From positions 1 to 51,956 of the forward strand of contig JBDRBY010000055.1 in the NCBI GenBank assembly GCA_043822245.1: a stretch of DNA of 51,956 nucleotides. Reading direction: 5' to 3'. The first letter of the stretch is position 1; each line of letters begins with the position of its first letter. A program made the translations under genes and the position numbers. The notes under the pieces are model-generated. The model saw nothing but the letters and a program-made list of their open reading frames with translations, did not search any database and had not been told where the DNA came from. Of the stretch, positions 49,801-51,956 are shown piece after piece. This DNA is from Candidatus Omnitrophota bacterium. GTDB lineage: Bacteria > Omnitrophota > Gorgyraeia > Tantalellales > Tantalellaceae.

Positions 49801-51955
49801 GTGAAAATGGGTTTTCACGCGAGAAGACCATTGAACCATCCGGCAGGATAGAAGCTACGCCTGGGCCGCCTTGTTCCCATAAAATGTTTTCAAGATAAAA
49901 TGACGTTTTGTTTTCGTAGTCGTGGGATAACATGTCCTGGCTTTTGTCCCAGCTAAGTTGGCCTATATAGTAGCAACCACACTTATTAGAGATGTATGTG
50001 GCAAAATCTTCTAATGAAACGGCTTCGCTATTTTCAAACACGGCATTGTCAAACCATGAATATTTTCCGTCTTTTTTAAACGCGCAAATCGCGTGGTCTT
50101 CCTGCGCGGTACGTACTACTAATATCACCGGTTCATATCCCAACTGCTGCAGGGTGATATAATTTCGAAACGCAAACCCTTCACAGTCGTCTTCGATTGG
50201 CCCTGTTGTCTTAAACATCCATCTGTCCCATCCCTCGGGATCTGGTACGTATTTACTATTTCCCAACACCCAGCCTATGTACTCTTCGAGAGAGTAGAAA
50301 CCGGCGCCGGTTATGCTATCGGCGCGGTTTTGGTATGGATCGAGAGAGGAGATTGCTTCGGCCGCTTCGTGGCCTCGCAATGACACAGGAGTGGGGCTTT
50401 GCAATGATGCGGGGGTAGTGGGGGCGGCGGAGTATTTATAGTTGATGCCGTCGGTGCTGGTGAAGGGGATTAGGTCTATGTCTATTATAGATTCCTGCTT
50501 TCGCAGGAATGACAAAGAAGGCAAGGATGCCATTAACGCGTCCCTATCGTCTTCGGTGATGTTCAAGAGTTCGCAGATGGCATTGAAATTTTTAACTAAC
50601 GCTTTCGCGTCGATTTTGAGTGTTATTGTTATGGTTACACTGAGCAGGTTTTCCTCATTTAGGTGATAATTCAGGGCAATTGTGTAATTATCTTTGCCTA
50701 TTAGTTTATTCAATTCGCCTGAAGTCTTTAAAAGCGGTTTTAATATTTCGTTAATCTTTGTGAGTTTTTCTTTAAGATTTTTGATGTCAGTCTCATCCCC
50801 TGCTGTTTTTTGGAACAGAGCGTCTATGACAGCCTGAGTCATCTCGGGGCATACCTCGACAGTGTATGACCTGAGAAGAGACTTATATTCGTTTATTACG
50901 GCAATTGTCTTCGCCTTATCCGCGGAAGAATCAACTAAAGCCTCCAGAATCACTGACGCCGAAGCGACAGCCATTGCTTTTTTCGTCTGGTCAAAATTCT
51001 GTGCCATTCGTATCATATTCAGGGCGGCATCAAGGCAGTTGGCGTTTTCCAGCATCTTGCCCGCGTCAATTGTATTGTCGTTTTCCATGGCTGTTACTAA
51101 ACTCGAAACCACTCTTGCCATGTTTACCATATTCGCCAAGATCACGTCCTGTCCGCCTTTTTTCGCGGTAATTTTCGCGATATTGTCAGCGCCGCCAAGC
51201 TCCGACATCGCGGAAAGAGAACACGTAATAAGCTTTAAAATCTCGTCTTTCTTGTCGCCGAACTTGTCAAGATTTTCCACGAGAGCTGTATTTACGTCAC
51301 CTCGTTCCTGAAGCGCGGCTAAAATAATTTCCGCTGGTTTACCGGTTTCAGACACGTTCAATATATTCGCCACGTTATCCGCGGTTAAAAAGTCATTCTG
51401 GGATAGGACAACACTCTCTAGCATATCCATCGCGCGTTTTGTGAATGAATCCACGCCGAATTTCGCGTCAGCGGCGGTTATTTTGTCAAATCCTTCAATT
51501 AACGAGCGGACAGCATCACTGCGGCCCGAAAAAACCGTTTTAATAAAATCAACTATCGCGCTTTCATCTATACCTTCTGAAAACAGCAAACTCACATTAT
51601 CCACGGTTAGGACGGCATTCATAGTCGTAAAAGAATTCTCAAGCATCTTCATCGCGCGATCCGCGAACTGGTATCCTGCCTCTACAAAGTTGCTAAAATT
51701 TACCATTATTGATTTTGCCATTACACACAAACTGTTGAACGCGGCTTGTATAACCTCGAGGCCACCTTCGGCCCCAAGCAGATCTTTTATGCTCTCAATC
51801 GTCAAAAGACGGCTAACCGTGTCAAACGAATTCTCTATCAGTTTCATCGCCCTATCCGCGAACTTTCCGAAATTCTTGAAGTTTACCGCGAGTGAATCCA
51901 CCATTTTGCATAAACTGTTGAACGCGGCTTGTATAACCTCGAGGCCGCCTTCGGT
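28880..51955 (-). CDS. Giant membrane protein of more than 7,690 aa (5'-truncated by the window): helical repeats, transglutaminase-like domain, ~310-aa super-repeats, glycine-zipper/TM block, degenerate SecA-like ATPase, JAB-like domain
   Basis: The frame stays open from 51904 to the window edge (TEGGLEVIQAAFNSLCK-M), so ATG 51904 is internal. Motifs: DDCEGFA..HA..FDN (about 50020-50300), ECSEGKT and GFDEIEQTL (about 33500-35370), EVGG..YHTHP (about 30680-30920). Confidence 0.9.
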   Translation of the reverse strand, partial: TEGGLEVIQAAFNSLCKMVDSLAVNFKNFGKFADRAMKLIENSFDTVSRLLTIESIKDLLGAEGGLEVIQAAFNSLCVMAKSIMVNFSNFVEAGYQFADRAMKMLENSFTTMNAVLTVDNVSLLFSEGIDESAIVDFIKTVFSGRSDAVRSLIEGFDKITAADAKFGVDSFTKRAMDMLESVVLSQNDFLTADNVANILNVSETGKPAEIILAALQERGDVNTALVENLDKFGDKKDEILKLITCSLSAMSELGGADNIAKITAKKGGQDVILANMVNMARVVSSLVTAMENDNTIDAGKMLENANCLDAALNMIRMAQNFDQTKKAMAVASASVILEALVDSSADKAKTIAVINEYKSLLRSYTVEVCPEMTQAVIDALFQKTAGDETDIKNLKEKLTKINEILKPLLKTSGELNKLIGKDNYTIALNYHLNEENLLSVTITITLKIDAKALVKNFNAICELLNITEDDRDALMASLPSLSFLRKQESIIDIDLIPFTSTDGINYKYSAAPTTPASLQSPTPVSLRGHEAAEAISSLDPYQNRADSITGAGFYSLEEYIGWVLGNSKYVPDPEGWDRWMFKTTGPIEDDCEGFAFRNYITLQQLGYEPVILVVRTAQEDHAICAFKKDGKYSWFDNAVFENSEAVSLEDFATYISNKCGCYYIGQLSWDKSQDMLSHDYENKTSFYLENILWEQGGPGVASILPDGSMVFSRENPFSLYAPPISLASQSFWSPTMPYWSPVIVTDFQGAEYVGQQDSPQTVDYGISIDSSLAPQPLTTPTLVMAPATRPEAAEAISRFSVQGNAKLEAWFTDSVRKQLGINPQDIVYIKPVYGAEERMFDVFIDGTEETLVGKLAFFRDSTRPYVICEVNKNGALIWPFSAKSGYRPANEIIKYWRDNGYENVSMNNNTGEVTALLTADSNNAITVRLKGGKQKFELTGTVELSLGLFGEKLKDDLSLTSRGTDEWIKIQKGGIIEFKKGALNIANAKAEVHLSSGTYIINNVGGSASPGAGADSAGKTMVFKIDEDFMTGDITIQNNSLFDAENQIVIVTDEFKASGKSQKIGGTKLNAKSLGDSSTGIILDGKMTVIKDKVLNNALLDAIRMGQDGEVEIWARAAPVFIKLSKGEKAGDKFTDILSKNGMLPSLFGSLGPNPTFMEVVRKFAEKENRNDIFAVLASENTLKAETDPVKLLPALEYCAKIMRFDALVSALMSNDEENTASRMLIAMNLITKSNCGDMKSAIGDIIKSRGTTGIDTLTGLASLIQSAKEKEDTTVLDNMFKSIGEESEGLNNFTKYFNKTLGIKCGNLDIGVLLASLGMQARANSSASTNAVFDEDGSLNKAALNSLQKRLSGVSLDKVQGVMDTIKDKVAGAEMTILTTAMQMAASGYVSVSGMFKGEKGNFTFKFDGEKLLSEPVSISNIDVGYVKNTEELEQKRTDISAKFGLAPSQVYLIATLYGIKGQFGLSNKLLTLNIEDKNDWATKEDVDNLINFFSNRTGKMVGNISVLTSIGGHKASYSVNTETNKFYGTFFIGAVTEEHEVDEARENIQKDTGLLPADITLNGSFKGYGAVFGYNVEGKKTGVCTTNLFSDSLDAKSMLESLRSETNYDAGNVFVRGLLEGKEITASLRNVTIMYSATNAEAGLLSNDTVSKTREPGESFEQMMEKAFLEAVSRETDFKNFKPATETATSRESWDKISASWIGEDPASALPFFGANRELFLSPDWNASQIKGNILIHSEVFDTKGGYVWQGNISSNNITENCVIQEGGVTLMSQYSESRLPGAGGKAMVERLHQLSTDVKAKAAGVNLLDKTESGRFLADVKTNLDINTALSISAYDKQGNYLWTKGLTSDNSNTNVSAMVSVGTCNLNYRLSINDLAEGAELTPKQAIDMLSLKADNFEGFLRSKTALPGFTDLEPEEIKNLILAEWMKDNDNSHIELILNVYSREGKYKGSYTITTASLLDTRPVNDKFENERMSQVAVPRGKDEAKLSYYVMLEAAGRLQANFEKGIINFANEQDRTNLLGSLADTGLEYNATIQLSAYNRANGDYVWSGSVSHNAITQNFTVRNENNGALLTGSITSTRRTSDENGCEMAERVSLSASNFETLAKRAKFLNENDRNIFLTSVKSSLDMQTSIRINAQDAYGRNLWTIGLAATSATINNSVMDSIGRCRVNYEIIIRNMEDSAALTNEQVISMLFMKSAEFEASLKGKTKVADFLNFENADNRNRHLADWMAANANFGMELGISVDTVSGEHKWTGSISPSFVTGTRMFKDEFGNVINTPVTIPRGSDNSAVSIYMMLDALDTIQAKFERDVKAKRVNFADDTERKDFLSSWADACLGYNTFMRIEVYGAKGDSLMSGSLTSNTMTEDVAVREHDTHSLIAASITVNRLADEAGGDMAKRLEWVTNVFKESAAKAKLTSAQTIEDFLTAQNARLILGESIDISVYDAAGKVLDRGVSQRTAVSKRDSSMNLDKNCIVNIEVVKTHLGAFTITMDSEMISAASHEVASFKTAVAKASFANKEQFMDFLSDYAKNLEQGTEIRTNVYTLSGEHIYTGSISPNLVTEPSMFRNTNGDIAQVEARVEWGEGLAALDFKTMLEEASSQLSSFGKDIKKTTTLSNETEIHALLANYIGDDARPFVLPALFVLPAQAGIHTPGRLDNNVSLQVTLYDAKGNDLFSGAISANSATEQFSVRIGNTGIVATGALNIVRLPGETGLQMIERMSLKAEGFRQRVENVNLLDENARNIFLAKEYSLLGANAELDINAYGAKGNHLWTVSLAGKTVSKNTKVMDSLKFCEVNYQIVVRKGEDGAALSDLKMIEKVFLNSASFESAVKKTADFSTIITRNYFLADWAKQNLDAYTELRGSAFMLSGEHRWTGSISTSRVTEIATIKDASANVMRVNASVQRGVGSVQLGYLKMLVSAAFNLEEFRKDVNIGKDFSNKQEWHNLLADWVGDDIFSASLSQYGWLGPSFSTSRLSSNITLEVNMRDCNGNDLWQGTIASHGLSQNFSLRDKKTGFTLTGQINVSRLPGETGDLLVSRLSSLESVIPATSSVIPASSSVIPAEAGIHALAACITNLGPNASIDISAYNDKGKHLWDVSLSKENISLVKSVMDKQKQTITTYEITVPSGHGDAILTPIQMVNEVFTKSTAFGREISAVSNFGTRKESDDILADWMNTRLAFGTEIDISVSGIDNSFKWNRRVSANAVTERRTTVNLNNGNIVRFQTTAVRDTDGLTSKEMLEQTFRQAQQFMAVISSVLSANAEDYNKNLYTLLASLIGDDSFVTDGIKPKIASNVTIQANIETKTGGYVWSGSMSAGHLTENYFVRDQGTGITAQGYIAVSRMQGETGINLADRLAKTTDKLTNEINPQKLSVTHNLITFMNEKSSAFGKYTDFAIVLTDFTGRTIEDVTINSQFMTLKIIAQDMNGNFAFSTARVDLKSGYRRTIDMNGMAGALFDMSEVFKNIAKLSDLSTIGNCADFMSQFESLFDYSDNVFSVQTEFNLANGDKGLFRVGTNTRLTRFVAQISKDGTLVQGWISCNMDGQMSVMPNSELFKSMVQEAEFSNPEEWMNFMKQFEYNEYNPEAFFTIQASFNKGPVTEHFSVNRPGEVETRVSWENEKGIRASGWVSVTDAASLRASLEIFKATFMESEINDAAFLEGFLFTEGGYLTGGKLNFMFEDYGGSFLMNAHIDGKKIGNTSNVTTIAAYDKYNELIGREVTISRLHNGDFPLLSSVIPAKAGIQPQPDTDGYYHGTTKHDRNGKLTHMQGVIACPAENGTFMGALVVTQWTEADKKGTFIRSDGFELDKKFIQRLDVHERQIDFTLIEDKDKTNAGFTTFKLELDKEAGGFIGLNGAIVTSQYEPRNISLLAMVKDAGAVANSGLYALENGTMVFSGRVEGSLRQDKRPDILTEGVSGSGSGGMPLITKERDFAIKAQTGDVYLIDGHIEYKNSQSLAFAPGDDSGANVIRCECDAEINGLLFKKGAKVGIDKDGALRASNVEAETAYLLRKGSSLRRFGDLQFAFGQGEDRIKFKYMPSMKSEGHKEFRAVDGTEARYLFTTTTNEGMTVVASSNWTKMKNGQLKNTTLNYVWLERDMDDITIGEGRNYANRLKLSYDKGKYVINGVIQAADIAVREPATIKHDPKAAAMAGASGEKPKEAKTNLNITGISENGKVFRLQGTWEIIDSDFRVCRPGAQLNNLTDTVITFYRTPVAADFSLRFNENGEPYPWNPKQKAKVTAGSLMYEDIKTEKGTIAKVVSGAALGGVAGSMFVPFYGTILGMIIGACTVGLDLWFNTEAKMPQWLATPGQKFRSVILSEAKNLSSSSKESVPTVSLRGGAEVADEAIPATSKHTSTVENLIQGIGNWYSTISGRLYGNTAIGATSGAVLGSIFIPLPGVGTAIGALAGGIIGLTVGILDVSGIGGFALRGIGKGLSAVWNKAEVWKWAKYYFGESAIGRLQFAVEALSVSEIVRNWDTIKSRASKMFTKFTQSSAGIFFSDMAEDVGVFAGKTWNGFKGFIKNSWIGDFAADVSNKISTLHEATRLYPGIEVPVYGNYTDKDGNQVWQIVETIRIDPATGRETGAAQEAKYWAESRSQGVGISGVKMPVYFAANFAESIMDMASTGRNEKFFANVKKAFVDDLIGHGIVGSFAGTGRVMINNDTGDWIKGKLYAKGITDQGALATIGTWTSMGTTAGTLIGLPCGGFPGLVIGGLAGFGTGLIIAAETLLFYNRQNKNLEYYIYEFSSTHKLQDAMAKGDDKFLFELSNVAAVVISVTSFGLSNLGGAFRVHGSSVLKTRLGSDGFLYKYTYEDVIGLATALTYAGFAGFSSSSSFSQAAVKKGLALGIGIYTTGAISQTIFTNKRFEETFTTSEAMLWGLRGAAVGMVMGGIIPGGLAQLKTSAGLARFMGTGAIWASANAGVYAAQAAFTGAKFDDKAFAAKIILGFGEGLAFHAIFSTMFHAVGSPFGNLIKSAIGKGIGWTSRIVIVAASTATFYTVGYIKANGKMTTRETINSLARGAIWGVAIAYALSPTGIEHLTGSAYNAAAKEKASLLLVEKYNVTNMLDVMFKYNAVAQASIVGAKRWVFISPMFTVFGALLDGTISAVMGQGFHFQLKQRGADGNVNLKQPINWTTGWGIIATSALSGVTKGLWMGPLVSIFAHPAKDASGNLLTLDAVSERVAAQVLVPNAASTAGLSVIQEKFFQIVHGAAFIWQEMEMVITVTGINRTLEAFAKHENIAKTGFSRWEVGLLSWVFLFIKPASWSISYHINNSLQNWAKDNVIENTINKLVSVTETKFVKNEIDKIQNNDTIAEVVKTEKIGLVKALAIRTLAQALKIDNKIVDMALDRAGISAYGKTFSMMFADSSGPTAEFKDPVIVMAEKQRTPFNNVLDVESKQIHDIAQAVFKEFLAKIGNQPEGFLQDMKNVAEKALNKLILEFNEDSSIGNRINDLKTVIVALNQGISGHGEPLAQQAETARTIANNGRDDITITHNNRLIEICVEVMLQINNDHHKSTGTEYFYPSKLQTEALVSAVHQQLINIGSAKGDAGNAAILLECSEGKTWVDITQFEVLDKYLIEAGKIDSKTTNTIKYLLLLPGPELVTQFVDPKDNQAYNTVENYFKGRGLDIFSTLLEQNLTANKSGLYVMETSEALKLFHKNPALFNKFIYVGFDEIEQTLQMPALVIANHEDIQALYNSADKAMMSYVNAIYNLFRTFVESQKDLKQDGSTIDRDLPSLRLQYFKGPLENLISEFLTKNENESFMKILGNSAAQELLYAFAGPRGIGVYLGQFDGASGNPEIKFETDKNSAKIFKNYGLSDTAGHNLESMKFKDPISAMAVLLHAAIIDGAKVTESDIYGNFSVSSQKGVSISDVLTYLNTHNYWHSFGVTNIITGLGATAEGCREMLKQLNFRVYDLGASDKIKMQDIVLVQGEGAVKKVVENAKDSFMTDKINGSAFNDAHKGNIHIFPTSAESYAHEVGNWLNEMCHDQKGEPNTGYKGLHTYSDIEGFKSFLKSVANEVQSYGILVFTNPNDLSDALNIAIKENMLNAWGRIMHVVGPLVTGSNIAKCVDDLVNPAFVKDTEFTRFQVTAVGNLTSSGAIQQACRWSTSVEHPSQTGLMVTRRLPAKITTVCDTEKLLCTFDERGELHSKMNGKKVVSGKLGDGDVIDKAWEYMERHNDMIDRQRSQETVRIVWESASDFNFGMTPDNVFMADPSLNFVKSSESKNEEMIYSNEHLNYKERRIFLAAFDMDETMQSFAEVSNNKLLTGGELHKAREIIQNLTNKKSEDGYKWNTSVIGDLMALSNAIQGQSLMVQNMVLSLFNDTISLVDFNMLSGVCNIFGEEKILYLMRKAGVEKTMSPIAFIRQNYARDGAMNVIMESAPKDVRETFIKTVSKITPTKTKMSNMSETLFGSTETDTKVVELFAACMRGEKYKVAEKTKFEEADIPMFEASARLVGLRGMETARLIFNSGEIGKTYVERKYDKKVVDYFDLLSSAESIRKTGEVKKKDKDHALDVSEVKAIRTAAKITAITAGIAGIGITAFAVITGAVLSAFGIGAVCAAVAGVAYKAGKRFGETIIGFKSGEEVAYSTGWTHEKFSELDADAKVRVIVHESLPKWLAHGIANIGLLTLASNTITRFVGKMILGEEMFNALCIVCDRGDAINRVSTIAQKTESGLFLAEKKRAFNFIVTNYIDVLVSSIDQKEFDAANTNEVFEKINTLSALVDKSAIQGKTLHITVKHEAKDHKIDWNLTDNVITIDNGLVAASFSAPSVIARSLSEAKGTKRSLMSDIMQKMANVNVSSDVSYDAFNAALMKHAFENGYTLHSTRIVAGSENVRVELRTDIRENTLKITNLDSGFSEIVTKADTSLVKAYDLQGVITAVARVKKVGAKSYDNRDPEILKIIEQNVREDLWSQSKELAEKVPDNMVREIVEARFDGSKGIIRDNMDFVVNNERGEQIGVIHGNEYSGDQLIAVMVEKFGISNNMVSEMTKDFKGILPYEVGGTILRQEDGTFEYRQSIRAVLKISDTGEILSMGETDIVKRSDKVVFQYHTHPHITTDVREYLADILAFVEKAEFVGSELDVMAPMRIYERGEKEQTVGETKLLFARKSADGTIAPVLLRLNPESGKFENVAEFDAMFGNVDLGSMIRRAQTAVVPSVMPGVVSDGQLITLSLGGKEATVSLIPFGNNTAELTVNHILYEKKKAAALVPEQAVVRGDEIRTRVPAEKILIGDTLLLRQITVFYEQILGFISSFINELQTEKDGKALIISLEDKDVPETLKKLLSEITDVEIQLPVVDRAIWQILNRSEVPADYYGTSEEFFTIDKVVLVRTEAGKFEIRVPALAKQDFNTKILTLSDKFDIMDADIDTLIKVVVKAVMYEKQGFMLSPETKKIIAQAIDRVGQVHVIAGMDNAMLFLEPQRALVVVQDIMDAKRLLETGFQQIDKVTNLLERAAQAGGTVLRLLKDGNLLLAGSDIRVLPASFINKDTQGYKTFVKQMHMINNGAVRRREKARIKILVAGSKRDIRSIKVLLPVEYQKTVEFTSFGKVTEKINGMYSAMSRTTGEVRITGIVQNENSLLAKLLINSNMRVRIIVARTFNEAMLMTVSSIAIEKRGWFTPLAVERLRNAMEKVQKSSVNGNTTVTSIPGAASEEANSRIDEYLFGDLEAETAF
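31547..31592 (-). repeat. In-frame nested element (family C core inside a family B stem)
   Basis: AGATCGCTTCGTCC-CCTTCGCTTCGCTCAGG-CTCCTCGCAATGACA; translated VIARSLSEAKGTKRS. Confidence 0.8.
38887..38986 (-). repeat. Pair of in-frame elements (family B 38887-38928; family C 38961-38986)
   Basis: GGATTGCTTCGTCGG..CTCCTCGCAATGACA and AGATTCTTCGCTTCGCTCAGAATGAC; translated VILSEAKNL..VSLRGGAEVADEAI. Confidence 0.85.
40704..40730 (-). repeat. In-frame family A element
   Basis: TGGATTCCCGCTTTCGCGGGAATGACA; translated VIPAKAGIQ. Confidence 0.9.
42732..42802 (-). repeat. In-frame family A element plus two 21-bp arm duplications
   Basis: CGCGGGAATGACAGA at 42746, 42767 and 42788; translated SVIPATSSVIPASSSVIPAEAGIH. 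Confidence 0.9.
43983..44030 (-). repeat. In-frame family A element plus 18-bp arm duplication
   Basis: GCGCGGGAAGGACGAAG at 43996 and 44014; translated FVLPALFVLPAQAGIH. Confidence 0.85.
49565..49586 (-). repeat. Half family B element, identical to 50348-50369
   Basis: GGAGATTGCTTCGGCCGCTTCG; translated EAAEAIS. Confidence 0.8.
50348..50532 (-). repeat. Cluster: family B element (50350-50385) and family A element (50489-50514), each with a degenerate arm duplication
   Basis: GCAATGA at 50377 and 50401 (24 bp). AGATTCCTGCTTTCGCAGGAATGACA with GCAGGAATGACA at 50503 and GCAAGGATGCCA at 50521 (18 bp). Confidence 0.8.
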
Positions 51956-51956
51956 C
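51729..51956. repeat. Near-identical direct repeat within the N-terminal helical repeats of giant gene 2
   Basis: AAACTGTTGAACGCGGCTTGTATAACCTCGAGGCC at 51729 and 51912 (183 bp = 61 codons), encoding part of EGGLEVIQAAFNSLC. Confidence 0.85.

Noticed and set aside
5424-51311. Many short plus-strand and alternate-frame ORFs, e.g. 16289-16861 and 39669-40352
   Set aside because: Antisense or frame shadows of the giant ORFs or their repeats, with no independent motifs.
5246-51956. Diversity-generating retroelement, transposase or integrase responsible for the insertions
   Set aside because: No reverse transcriptase, HUH/RAYT, GIY-YIG or recombinase gene is visible in the window; any mobiliser must act in trans.

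Overview
Bacterial chromosomal window dominated by two tandem minus-strand giant genes: 7,557 aa, and more than 7,690 aa with the second running off the right edge. They are separated by a VapBC-type toxin-antitoxin pair. The left end holds a 28-bp tandem array, a Ski2/HelY-like helicase, a divergent metallopeptidase + ATP-grasp ligase operon, a Xer dif site (4343-4370) and a small secreted protein. Each giant protein contains a degenerate SecA-like ATPase motor, blocks of transmembrane helices and protease-like domains (Tiki/ChaN-like, transglutaminase-like, JAB-like); the first also has TPRs and the second has long internal repeats. This architecture resembles giant proteins of Omnitrophota/Elusimicrobiota-type bacteria (taxonomy is inference only). 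The most striking unexplained signal is about 20 REP-like hairpin elements (GTCAT tag + stem-loop, often with a GAA triloop) inserted in frame inside both giant genes. About half have spawned tandem duplications, always on the GTCAT side and always with a period divisible by 3. One pair brackets a whole catalytic domain. All calls are by eye from sequence motifs; no searches were run.
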